Below are positions 38,856-48,643 of a DNA stretch of 64,000 bases, piece by piece. The stretch comes from Promethearchaeota archaeon. GTDB lineage: Archaea; Asgardarchaeota; Lokiarchaeia; Sigyniarchaeales; SOKP01. Location of the stretch: assembly GCA_019057795.1 (NCBI GenBank), contig JAHLWS010000068.1, forward strand, positions 27,377 through 91,376, read 5' to 3'. A model generated the notes under the pieces. It made no database searches. It saw only the letters and a program-made list of their open reading frames with translations, and was not told the DNA's origin. The position numbers were made by a program, and so were the translations under genes. Each line of letters begins with the position of its first letter. Position 1 is the stretch's first letter.

Positions 38856-40376
38856 TTAAAAGATTTCGCTAATATCCTTGTATAATAAGTCGCTGTTAGC
38901 TTGAAATTCCTCGAACGTAACAAACAAACTCTGGAACGATGGTAAACTTCCTAATATACTAGCGCCATTGAATATGGCAAATTGGAGGTTTTCAGGAACG
39001 AAAAATCTTGTTACTTCGTCAGATGGGTTGTAAAAACCGGAAAATTCTCTAGCAGGAGCCGCTTGTTTAATAATATCGCGAGGTATCTCTGGTATATCGG
39101 TTGATTGAAAATTTTCCCCACAATAAGGACAAAATACAGATGCATTATCTATAACTGTTTTTTTACACTTAGAACAAATTGTTTTCCCATCCACAATCTC
39201 TGTCTTCTTCTTTATGGGAAGGCTACCAATAGAAAGCTCTGGCAAAACGACTCTCCCCCCACAAGATGGACAGAATTCCTTACCATCAGTAAGATCTACT
39301 AATACACCACAATTTGGACAATTATCTTTTTGCTTTCGTGTTTTTCCCTTTGATTCCATTTTTTGCTTTTTAGAAGGTTGAACAATTTTAGGTTTAGGAA
39401 TTTTTCCCAACTGGGGGATTAATTGGCTTAATTCTAATTTCAACCTTTCTTCAAATCCCGAATATGAGAGATTGCCACCTGAAATCATAATATGGGAGAG
39501 AAGGTCGCTCCAATAATATTTATCAATTCCTTGTAGACTGTTAATTACAGCTTGTGGAATATTTAATATGTTATAACCTAATAAACTGGGTTGAAATAAT
39601 ACCTCGGGAGCTTCATGGAAAATAAAGTTAGGAATCGCAATAATAGAACCGTCTGGCATGGTAAAACTAAAACTCTCGTTTAATTTAGGAGGGTTTTCGG
39701 GATTCAAAACGAAATAACAGTTTTTCTCTTTAATTTCTTTAATTATCTCGTCAACAGCACTGGAATCAATATTAATACCCTCCCTCATTAATAAATTCTT
39801 TAAGTGCTGATTGACATCGGTACCAGCTAAAGTCAATTTTTGAACTGATTGCTCAACAATCTGCCCACCTATAATCGGGGTGATCCATGTGATCCCATCA
39901 CCGCTCTCAATTACCAACCCCGTCGTTAAACCTACGCCAAATAATGACAAAACAGGTGTTGTAACCATTATTAAGCTTTTTACTCTATGAGTTTCGTATA
40001 AAACACGAGCAATATATTCTTTAGTTTCTCGCTGGAGAAAGGGTGGTTCAGTATATAATACTGGGTAATTAGAAAGATTTTTAATCCTTAAAAGTGAATA
40101 GAAAATGTAATTTAAAATCTCGTAATAATCGTTCCAATCCATGATCGCCCCCCTTTCGATAGGACGCTTTATTTTAAGGACACCTCGCATTTTAACAACG
40201 TCCGCACCTACATAAATGCTCCGAGCGCTTACATCGACCATAACAGCTTTATATTTTTCAGTGCCCGTGATTGTGGGAAAAACATACCTAGGGCTTGGTT
40301 CTGCAGCAAATCCTATCTTAGTATAGGCTGAACCAATGTCGACGATAATCGGAGTTCCGGGTAATGGTATTGCCAT
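38856..40376 (-). CDS. Actin-related protein with an inserted double zinc-ribbon region
   Basis: IIVDIGSAYTKIGFA, PIERG...DW, TEPP, GLTTGLVIESGDG, EIKEK, ISGGN and NGASILGSL; four CxxC pairs are inserted before the C-terminal segment. Confidence 0.92.
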   Translation of the reverse strand: MAIPLPGTPIIVDIGSAYTKIGFAAEPSPRYVFPTITGTEKYKAVMVDVSARSIYVGADVVKMRGVLKIKRPIERGAIMDWNDYYEILNYIFYSLLRIKNLSNYPVLYTEPPFLQRETKEYIARVLYETHRVKSLIMVTTPVLSLFGVGLTTGLVIESGDGITWITPIIGGQIVEQSVQKLTLAGTDVNQHLKNLLMREGINIDSSAVDEIIKEIKEKNCYFVLNPENPPKLNESFSFTMPDGSIIAIPNFIFHEAPEVLFQPSLLGYNILNIPQAVINSLQGIDKYYWSDLLSHIMISGGNLSYSGFEERLKLELSQLIPQLGKIPKPKIVQPSKKQKMESKGKTRKQKDNCPNCGVLVDLTDGKEFCPSCGGRVVLPELSIGSLPIKKKTEIVDGKTICSKCKKTVIDNASVFCPYCGENFQSTDIPEIPRDIIKQAAPAREFSGFYNPSDEVTRFFVPENLQFAIFNGASILGSLPSFQSLFVTFEEFQANSDLLYKDISEIF

Positions 40377-40537
40377 GCTTGATCAGTTATATTTTTTAAG
40401 ATTATTCTTCTATTCTTCTAAATAAATTTCCAAATTTAATTGTTGGTATAATAATAATATAATAAAATGATTTTCTTTAATTAAATAATTTTTCCAAAAG
40501 AGGAAGTATTAATTAGAATATCTTAATAGATGATCTT

Positions 40538-40672
40538 CTATTCTTTTAGGTATTTAAATAAACTTTCGATAATTGATTGTTTAGTAATTAAACCAATTAA
40601 TTGATTATCGTCGTTTACAACAGGTAATCGCTCAACTCTGTGTTTAATCGTTTTTTCTAAGACGATCTCCAT
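40538..40672 (-). pseudogene. Isolated CBS-domain fragment (44 aa)
   Basis: MEIVLEKTIKHRVERLPVVNDDNQLIGLITKQSIIESLFKYLKE*, read by hand. It is a single CBS unit with an in-frame stop just upstream. Confidence 0.65.
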
Positions 40673-40702
40673 TGTGTCAATGGCTAAATTAAAATATATT
40701 TA

Positions 40703-41125
40703 TTAATCGATTTTTAAAGATTTTTCTAGTTTCTTTTCGATCTCTTCTAATTCAATTAAAAGATTTTTGTATGTTTTCAATAAATACTGGCCCCAATCGC
40801 TTAATTTCACCCAACCACCACCGCCAAGACCGCCTTTTTTTGTTTCTACTGGAGATATTCCGGTTCTAGCTTTTATTTTATTTAAAATATTCCACGCATA
40901 TTTGTAAGAGTATCCACATTCTTTTGCCGCCTGAGTTAAAGAGATAGGGGTCTTAACATCGGGTTTATAGATGTTTTCAAGAAGATTAGCCCAACCAGAT
41001 CCTAAAATATTTTTACGGTCATCATTGTGAAATTCTAGCCAAAATTTAATTCCAAAACCTATTTTAGCTTTTAATTTTTCGATGTCGGGTTTATCATTTT
41101 GTAGTATATCGGATTCTTTTTCCAT
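40703..41125 (-). CDS. ModE-family winged-helix transcriptional regulator (N-terminal domain only)
   Basis: ILGSG..LLENI...SLTQAAKECGYSYKYAW...VETKKGGLGGGG. Confidence 0.88.
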   Translation of the reverse strand: MEKESDILQNDKPDIEKLKAKIGFGIKFWLEFHNDDRKNILGSGWANLLENIYKPDVKTPISLTQAAKECGYSYKYAWNILNKIKARTGISPVETKKGGLGGGGWVKLSDWGQYLLKTYKNLLIELEEIEKKLEKSLKID

Positions 41126-41243
41126 ATTATTTAATTTATTTTCTTAATTTTAATTATTTTTTATAACGACTAATAAGGCTAAAGAGAAAAACATTAAAGG
41201 AAAGTCATTTTTTTTTTTGTAAATATAAATTTGTTGACTAAGT

Positions 41244-41996
41244 ATGGTTTTTTCTGGTGTAAGTAGTTCTATAAAAATGGGTAAAATAGTAATCGAAAAC
41301 GTGTATTATTTTGCCGAAAATCCTATGTTGGATTGTAATCAGTTTATAATTGTCGATAAAGAAAACGATGAATTAGCGCTTTTTGACACAGGAAATGGTC
41401 TTTCTTTAAAAGGGCTAATTGAAGGGATGGATAAACTAGGTTTGAATTATGAACAAATTACCAGAGTCTATCTTACTCACGAACATGTAGATCATGTGCT
41501 TGGCATATACCCATTGATTAAATTATTAAAAAATAATCCTCCTGAGTTATATGCTTATGGTGAAACGGCGAAGATATTGAGGGAGGGGGATGAATCAAAA
41601 ATCTTTCCGGGTAATCTTGGGATCAGCCCAGGGATGTTTGGGTTAGAAATTATACCTTTAAAAGTTAGCGATTTGAAAGTAGAAGAAACGATTAGTATAG
41701 GTTCAGAATTTAATTTTCAAATTTATTACACACCAGGCCATTCTCTCGGATCAATCTGTTACTATGAGAGCAGCAAAAAAATTCTAATTCCCGGAGACTT
41801 AGTATTTGCGGGGGGCAGTTTTGGAAGGCACGATTTCCCTGGAGGTTCTTTAAGCTCTCTAATTGAATCAATTAAGTTTGTAAACAATTTAGATGTAAAA
41901 TATTTGCTTCCAGGTCACATGAACGTAAGTGATAATGGGAATCAGCAAATTGAATCTTCTTATAGAATGGTCCAATCAATAGGAAATTATTTTTAA
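41244..41996 (+). CDS. MBL-fold metallo-hydrolase (glyoxalase II-like)
   Basis: THEHVDH, TPGHS, GD and PGH motifs. Confidence 0.92.
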   Translation: MVFSGVSSSIKMGKIVIENVYYFAENPMLDCNQFIIVDKENDELALFDTGNGLSLKGLIEGMDKLGLNYEQITRVYLTHEHVDHVLGIYPLIKLLKNNPPELYAYGETAKILREGDESKIFPGNLGISPGMFGLEIIPLKVSDLKVEETISIGSEFNFQIYYTPGHSLGSICYYESSKKILIPGDLVFAGGSFGRHDFPGGSLSSLIESIKFVNNLDVKYLLPGHMNVSDNGNQQIESSYRMVQSIGNYF

Positions 41997-42159
41997 ATTT
42001 TAAATGCTTTTATCCTAGTGCTTCATTCTGTTAAGGATTTACGAATATTAATCAAGTATATTATTTGATATATGAGAACATTTTTTAAATAAAAATTCTA
42101 TATTGAAGTTAATCACTTAATTTAAAATAAATTTAAAAAAAGAGAATAAAATAAAATTT

Positions 42160-42828
42160 GTGATTAATATGACTGAGAAAAAAGTTAAGCCGATAACTGA
42201 AGTTTATCTACGGTCTTACCCGAAGATCATATTTTTCTGGCCCTTAGAGCTTGTTTCGATTGTTATGTGGTTGATACAAATGCTTAATCCATCACCAATC
42301 GCCTGGTTGGGAACCTTCTGGCTCGTTTTATTTGCTATAAACATGTTTATTGTTGCTTTCGATTTTGGTAGCATGAAATTTTTTGTTTTAATTCTTGTTA
42401 TCGCTGTTGTGGTTTTACTGGTGGTTTTTCTAGCACCTGACCTATTTGCGGGTCTTCCACTGGGATCCTTTAATGTAGGGTTAACGGCGGAGTTCTACTT
42501 GACAGTTACTCTAATAATGGGAATTATTTTAGGACTTGTCGTTCTTGGGGCGAGGTTTGATTACTGGAAGATTGAGAGAAACGAGATTTACCATAAAAAA
42601 GGGATTTTCAGCTCTGCCGAAAGGCTACCAACCAAAAGCTTAAGAATTAAGAAAGAAATCCCAGATGTGTTTGAATTTTTCATATTACGGGCAGGGTCCA
42701 TTACGCTACTTCCAGGCCATGGAGATGTCATCCATTTACCTACAGTGCTAAACATCAACAAGAAGCAGGACCAGATAGACTACCTATTAAGCCATTTCTC
42801 AATAGAACCAGACGAATTGGATGCATAA
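42160..42828 (+). CDS. Membrane protein (4 TM) with a C-terminal PH-like soluble domain
   Basis: Hydrophobic N-half, then DYWKIERNEIYHKKGIF...IPDVFEFFILRAGSITL. Confidence 0.7.
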   Translation: MINMTEKKVKPITEVYLRSYPKIIFFWPLELVSIVMWLIQMLNPSPIAWLGTFWLVLFAINMFIVAFDFGSMKFFVLILVIAVVVLLVVFLAPDLFAGLPLGSFNVGLTAEFYLTVTLIMGIILGLVVLGARFDYWKIERNEIYHKKGIFSSAERLPTKSLRIKKEIPDVFEFFILRAGSITLLPGHGDVIHLPTVLNINKKQDQIDYLLSHFSIEPDELDA

Positions 42829-42938
42829 ATCAGAGTAAACCAGAATTAAACGAATAAGATTAATCTTCTAAATTTTTTTTAATTTTTTTTTTGATTATAA
42901 TTAGATTTAAGAATTAAATTATATTTTTAGTAATACTT

Positions 42939-43664
42939 ATGTCACATCCTCCAATTTTATTACTTGATTTTGATGGCGTTGTTATCACTCAAAAAGCTTT
43001 AGAATACTCCGCTCTGATTCATCTGAGGAAAAACTTCTATAAGTGGCAAAATATTGAACCTCTAAGGCTTATAGATATTGCGAGGATTTTTGAGGAAGCA
43101 GATTCTCAAAATAAAATTAAGGCTATAATTAAGGTATATCGAGCATATAAAAGATTTATACCGAGTAGATGGAGGAGAGTCTTCTTTTTTATCAGATTTA
43201 GGAGGATGTATCCTAAATACGAAAAATACGAAACCTTTAAGCCTAATTTAGAAGGAATTTTAAACGAATTAAAGAAGTGTGGAGTAGTATTTGGGATCGT
43301 TTCAAATACAAGTGGAGAAAGGTTAGATTTTTTTAGGAAGAAATTAAATTTAGACTCATATTTTTCCGCTTTTGTTTCCCGCGATGATACTCCGTTAAGG
43401 AAACCTCATGGTTATCCTGTTTTCGTTGCATTAAAACAAATTAAACAAATCTTAAAAGCCCCTATAGATAAAACAAAAGTGTTTCTAATCGGAGACCTTC
43501 CTACAGATATAGAATGTGCAAATAACGCGGGAATCACTAGTATTGCGCTACTTAGTGGACATGGCACAAAATATGGTTTGGAAAAGGCTAATCCTAGCAT
43601 TGTCCTTAGCGAAATTAAGGAGATTTTAGAAATTGACACATTCAAAAAATTATTATTAGATTAA
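42939..43664 (+). CDS. HAD-superfamily hydrolase (phosphoglycolate phosphatase-like)
   Basis: DFDGV, VSN, KP and IGD...D motifs. Confidence 0.92.
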   Translation: MSHPPILLLDFDGVVITQKALEYSALIHLRKNFYKWQNIEPLRLIDIARIFEEADSQNKIKAIIKVYRAYKRFIPSRWRRVFFFIRFRRMYPKYEKYETFKPNLEGILNELKKCGVVFGIVSNTSGERLDFFRKKLNLDSYFSAFVSRDDTPLRKPHGYPVFVALKQIKQILKAPIDKTKVFLIGDLPTDIECANNAGITSIALLSGHGTKYGLEKANPSIVLSEIKEILEIDTFKKLLLD

Positions 43665-43677
43665 ACATTAAATTTCG

Positions 43678-46419
43678 TTGATAATGTTTAATTTGGAAGA
43701 GTTTGAACGAGATCAAGTTATTTATCCTCTAGTTGAGAAACTCAGCAAGTTTCTTGATAAGAACAAGACTGCAAAAGCAGAAAAAATAATTGAGCAACTA
43801 GATCAATTATTAAAGGAACAAGAACACATAGTTCCAATAACTTATATATTAAGTGTCTTAGCAGAACACGATTTCGAACTGATTTCTGAGAGTATCTTTA
43901 AGAAAGTAGAAAATTATTGCGATTCCAAAGATCTAAAATTAAGGATCAATGCACTAATAATAATCGGCTTTGCGATGCTAGGAAATCAAAAGTATATCGA
44001 TAAATATTTTCAAAGTTTCGTTAATAATTTGAGTAATAAAAGTAAAGATATACGAGATAATGTCCATTACTTCTTGCAAGAAATTGTTGATAAAAAACCA
44101 AAATTAATTTGTTCCTATAGAAAGGATTTGATAAATGCTTTAATTACAGAAGAAGATAATGAAAATCTCGTTTCAATAATAAATTTTTTAGAGAAGTGTA
44201 ATGGTTTTGATTTTGAAAACCTATATGATTTTAGAGACATTTCGAAAGCACTTTTAACTAAATTTTATAGTAAAGAGCACTCAGGAATTTATTCGAAATT
44301 ATTATCTTTGATTATAACTATTTTTCCATCGTTAAAGAAAATAGATGTTGAAAGTCTCGAATTAAGCGAGCTTTTGAACGAACTAGATAAGCTATTTCTG
44401 ATGAAAAGATATAACATTACGGAATTATCCGAAAAAACGGGAGTCAAATTAGAAGAATTTATTAAAATCAAAAAAAGGACAGAGAGAAAAGACCATAAAA
44501 TCTATTTTTTCATTAAGTTTAACGAGAAAAAATTAATTTATTTTTATGAGCTTGAGAAAGAGAAGTTAATTAAATTATTTGGAAAGGTCGAAAAATTACA
44601 CAAAAGAGAAATTTTCGATATATTTAAACAAGTAATCGACACCGAACTTGAGTTGAGGTCATTCTTAAATACATTAATAAAGTTGAATCATATTGATGGA
44701 TATTACTCAAAATTGGGTTATTTTTATTCTTTTAACTATGTAAAATCAAACCTGTTAGAAAGTTTAAATAAGAAGGGAATGGTGAACCTCAAAAATTTTG
44801 ACTATTTACCTCCGGAGTTTAATAGTAGAGTTATAAAATACATATCAAATTCGACTAAACAAGTATTTCTATCAGGTAAAAACAATACAGCGTATTATTC
44901 TTTAAAAAGAATCCAAAAACAAATAAATACCGAAGCTGCAAAAAATACTTCTATCGATTTAAAAACCTATCGTAAGCGATTAACGGATTTAGACTTTATT
45001 AAATTAATAAAAAACTTACCGAAGGGTTATTTAACTCCATATCGGAAAGGAACTCAATGGTTAACCAATGTAGGGTTATTAAAGGTTAAAAATGAGATAG
45101 GAAACTCTAAATTGATTGGGTATTATTCAATACCAGCTCTCTCTGAAAAGCTAAATCTTAAAAAAGTTTTACTCGTTGAAATCTTTGATGAATTTATAGA
45201 TAAAAGGAGTGGAATTTTCGATAAAAACAGAGAAATTTTTTATTACTTAAAGTTTTTAAACCAGAAGATTGAGCAAATAAATTCTATAACAAACCCAGAT
45301 AAAAAAGAAGCACAAATAAATTTAATGGCAAAGGAACTCAACATAGAAAGAAGTCACATTCTTACAAAATTAGACGAAAATTTAAAACTTATTGAGGAAG
45401 AAATAAAAGAAAAGGATGAAATCAATATCCATGAATATATTGAGAAAACGGGGATGGTTAAAGATAAATTTATAGAATTTATCAATAACCTAGGTTTAAA
45501 TTATTTTAAAAAGGGAGACCTTCTCATTTTTAACGAGTTTAAAATTAACGATGCTAAAAAAGACATTAAATCAATGCTTATAAAGAAATCTAAATCTGAA
45601 AATTCGATATATTTGGGAGATATAGATGTTACCTCAAGTATAGTTGAAAATTTATTAAAGGAATTACAAAGTGATGAAAAAATAAGAGGAATTTTTCATA
45701 ATAATGAAGGTGAATTGATTTTTTACACTGAAAAAGGAATAGAAAATTTAATGCTGGAAGATAGTTTGATGTTTTCTTTCAACGACATGTTTTACGGAAA
45801 GAAATTGAACGATAAAGAAATTGAGCTCTTACATTCAATTCTTAACCTTTTACTTAACAATAAAAAGCTAAAAGGAACTTTTGACGACGAAACGCTAACA
45901 TTTGCTAGTTCTGACGTAATTTTCGCTCAGGATTATAATATAGTACTATTTGAGTGTGAGAAAATGATAAATGCATATATTAAAACCTTCAATACTGAAT
46001 TTGAAAAAATAAAAAAAATTTTAACGAAACGGAATGAAACTATATTTCCTCAAGAAATTAAACTGATTCAAGAAACAATTGATAATATTAATGAAAAATA
46101 CGTTCGGTGGAGAAGTAGCTTAGAAGCTTTTGTAAGAAAAGCTAATACTACGCTTCTAAAAAAGCAAGGTTATTCAGTTAAAAAATACAAAGCCCTATCA
46201 TTTTCTCCCGAAAAAAAAGAGAATGTAAAATCTTTTGAGGATGATCCTGAAGTTATAGATTTAATATCTAACTTTAACAGATGGGTAAAGTTAATCAACG
46301 CTTTAGAAATAAAATATGGGAATATTATTTTTTATCAAAAAAGGTTAATTAACGATACAGATAATGTAGAAAATCGGAAAAAATTGGATGAATTGCTAAT
46401 CCAATTAAATTTAATTTAA
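43678..46419 (+). CDS. Large protein with N-terminal HEAT/ARM-like helices and tandem winged-helix/PCI-like repeats
   Basis: Repeated [yi].I.eLsekl.l....l...l..l....i.G.f motifs, e.g. YSIPALSEKLNLKK and LKELQSDEKIRGIF. Confidence 0.6.
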   Translation: MIMFNLEEFERDQVIYPLVEKLSKFLDKNKTAKAEKIIEQLDQLLKEQEHIVPITYILSVLAEHDFELISESIFKKVENYCDSKDLKLRINALIIIGFAMLGNQKYIDKYFQSFVNNLSNKSKDIRDNVHYFLQEIVDKKPKLICSYRKDLINALITEEDNENLVSIINFLEKCNGFDFENLYDFRDISKALLTKFYSKEHSGIYSKLLSLIITIFPSLKKIDVESLELSELLNELDKLFLMKRYNITELSEKTGVKLEEFIKIKKRTERKDHKIYFFIKFNEKKLIYFYELEKEKLIKLFGKVEKLHKREIFDIFKQVIDTELELRSFLNTLIKLNHIDGYYSKLGYFYSFNYVKSNLLESLNKKGMVNLKNFDYLPPEFNSRVIKYISNSTKQVFLSGKNNTAYYSLKRIQKQINTEAAKNTSIDLKTYRKRLTDLDFIKLIKNLPKGYLTPYRKGTQWLTNVGLLKVKNEIGNSKLIGYYSIPALSEKLNLKKVLLVEIFDEFIDKRSGIFDKNREIFYYLKFLNQKIEQINSITNPDKKEAQINLMAKELNIERSHILTKLDENLKLIEEEIKEKDEINIHEYIEKTGMVKDKFIEFINNLGLNYFKKGDLLIFNEFKINDAKKDIKSMLIKKSKSENSIYLGDIDVTSSIVENLLKELQSDEKIRGIFHNNEGELIFYTEKGIENLMLEDSLMFSFNDMFYGKKLNDKEIELLHSILNLLLNNKKLKGTFDDETLTFASSDVIFAQDYNIVLFECEKMINAYIKTFNTEFEKIKKILTKRNETIFPQEIKLIQETIDNINEKYVRWRSSLEAFVRKANTTLLKKQGYSVKKYKALSFSPEKKENVKSFEDDPEVIDLISNFNRWVKLINALEIKYGNIIFYQKRLINDTDNVENRKKLDELLIQLNLI

Positions 46420-46439
46420 CCTGAAACTTTTTAGAAGAT

Positions 46440-46727
46440 CTAAGTATTTCTCTTACTTTCAATTTGAGAGATAATTTCTTCGATGTTTATTTTTTGATTT
46501 GATTTGATTGTATAAGTTTTAGGTGAATAGATGCCATTCATCTCTAAAATACCTTCTTTTTCAAGGAAGTCTAGAGATCTCCAAATAAAGTTAATTTTAG
46601 ACCGATTAGAGGGTTTAATGTTATTACATCTTCTTATCCTCTTAGTAGAAACTAAATTGACTTGATTATCTATTAATTTGTTTATCGCCTCTAATGTTTC
46701 GCGTAAATTTTTAGAAAAAAAGTCCAT
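46440..46727 (-). CDS. Small winged-helix-like protein
   Basis: INFIWRSLDFLEKEGILEMNG..SPKTYTI. Confidence 0.6.
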   Translation of the reverse strand: MDFFSKNLRETLEAINKLIDNQVNLVSTKRIRRCNNIKPSNRSKINFIWRSLDFLEKEGILEMNGIYSPKTYTIKSNQKINIEEIISQIESKRNT

Positions 46728-46891
46728 AAGAGCCTCCCTTAGTAAAAAAAGAAATTTAGTAACTTCGTGTATTAATTTATTCTTAAGGATTTAAAAACTT
46801 TTATTCTTCTTAACTAAAAACGCTCAAAATGAACTACATTATAAAATTTGAAGTGTTTACGAACAAAATTTTGAATTTTTTTATAGATTTC

Positions 46892-48490
46892 TTAGTGTCG
46901 AAAAACCCTTTTGCCACAAAAAACTAAAGCGCAATTTAACTCATCGGCTCGTTCAATAACCATCTCATCTCGTATAGATCCACCTGGATTGATTATGGCT
47001 TTCGCCCCTACATGTACTGCAGCTTCTAAACCATCTGGAAAAGGAAAGAATGAATCTGTTCCCATATAAGAATTCTTTAATTCCTTTTGGTGACCAAACT
47101 CCTTTGCTTTTTGGGCTGCTAATTTAACCACATGTACTCGACTTTGTTGTCCTGCTCCTATTCCTATGGTATAAATACCATTGCTATAAATTTGAACAAA
47201 ACAAGCAGAATTAGATTTTACCCATTTTGAAACTTTATACGCAAAGATTAGAGCCTCTTTATCATCTTCAGTTACTTGCATTTTACTAACTACATTCCAC
47301 TCCTTAATAATAGGCTTACAATCATATTCTTGAACAACAACCCCTCCCAGTACGCCCCTAATTTCGGGGTTTTTATATATTTCTTCTCTTTTATCTAACA
47401 AATCGCCATATTCTATGATTCTCATGTTCTCCTTTTGTTTGAGTATTTCAAGTGCTTCTTGTTCGAAAGAGGGCGCTAGTAAAACCTCCACAAAGATCTT
47501 TTCTTTATTTACAATAAAATCAGCTACATTTGCAGTTAATTCTTTGTTTACCCCCCATATTCCTCCAAAAGCGGACATTGGATCTGTATTAAATGCCTTT
47601 TTAACAGATTCTAATTGTTCTGTCTTATCAATAGCTATCCCATTGGGGCTGGTATGCTTCAATATCGCTGTAAGATAATACTCCTTACTAAAATCTAAAA
47701 GCATTTGCATACAAGAATCTATATCAAGATAATTGTTAAAAGAGATTTCTTTGCCACTCAATTTTCTTAAATTATGAAGTCCATACACCGAAGTTGCATC
47801 TCGATAATAAGCGGCTTTTTGGTCCCAATTCTCTCCATACCTGCAATCCTGTACTTTCTCATAAATTTTAATCAATTTATTTCCCAATTTAACTTCTGGA
47901 TTATAATAGTTTTGGAGATAACTTGCAATTGCTGCATTGTAATCAGCCATTATGACAAATACTTCTTGAGCTAATTTCGCTCTAGTTTTATCGCTCACCC
48001 CTCCTAATTTCCTTAATTCGCCGATGATAGTGTTATAATGTTTAGAATTAGGTATTACTACGACGTCAGGAAAGCTTTTTGCCGCTGCTCTTATCATTGT
48101 AGGACCACCAATATCAATCATTTCTAAAGCATCAGCTAAAGTAACATTTGGTTTCGCAATTGCCTCTTTAAATTGATATAAATTACAAACTACCATATCT
48201 ATTGGTGGGATATCGTATTTTAGGGCTTCCTCTGAATCTTTTTTAATGCTACGGCGATAAAGGATTCCTCCTTCAATTTTAGGGTGCAAGGTCTTAACTC
48301 TTCCATCAAACATTTCGGGCGAGCCAGTATAGTCGGAAATTTTCACGAAATCAATACCATTCTCCTTTAAAAGCCTCCCAGTTCCACCGGTAGATAAGAT
48401 TTCAATTCCAAATTCACTTAATGACCTTACAAACTCAACTATATCGCTTTTGTCATAAACGCTAACGATTGCTCTTTCAATTTTTTTCAT
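46892..48490 (-). CDS. purH: Bifunctional AICAR transformylase/IMP cyclohydrolase
   Basis: STGGT, GRVKTLHP, IDIGGPTMIRAAAK, KHTSP and FFPFPDG motifs; ends RVFRH. Confidence 0.97.
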   Translation of the reverse strand: MKKIERAIVSVYDKSDIVEFVRSLSEFGIEILSTGGTGRLLKENGIDFVKISDYTGSPEMFDGRVKTLHPKIEGGILYRRSIKKDSEEALKYDIPPIDMVVCNLYQFKEAIAKPNVTLADALEMIDIGGPTMIRAAAKSFPDVVVIPNSKHYNTIIGELRKLGGVSDKTRAKLAQEVFVIMADYNAAIASYLQNYYNPEVKLGNKLIKIYEKVQDCRYGENWDQKAAYYRDATSVYGLHNLRKLSGKEISFNNYLDIDSCMQMLLDFSKEYYLTAILKHTSPNGIAIDKTEQLESVKKAFNTDPMSAFGGIWGVNKELTANVADFIVNKEKIFVEVLLAPSFEQEALEILKQKENMRIIEYGDLLDKREEIYKNPEIRGVLGGVVVQEYDCKPIIKEWNVVSKMQVTEDDKEALIFAYKVSKWVKSNSACFVQIYSNGIYTIGIGAGQQSRVHVVKLAAQKAKEFGHQKELKNSYMGTDSFFPFPDGLEAAVHVGAKAIINPGGSIRDEMVIERADELNCALVFCGKRVFRH

Positions 48491-48643
48491 AATTATTCAA
48501 TTTTTTAAAATCAAGATAATAAAATCAAAATGAATATTTCAAAGTAACATCCAATGTCGTTTTAAGTTAATTAATTGGCGTTTAATAAAATATATCTTTG
48601 AAAGTCCTTTAATTTATGGGAGGTAAGAAAGAAAACCAAATTT

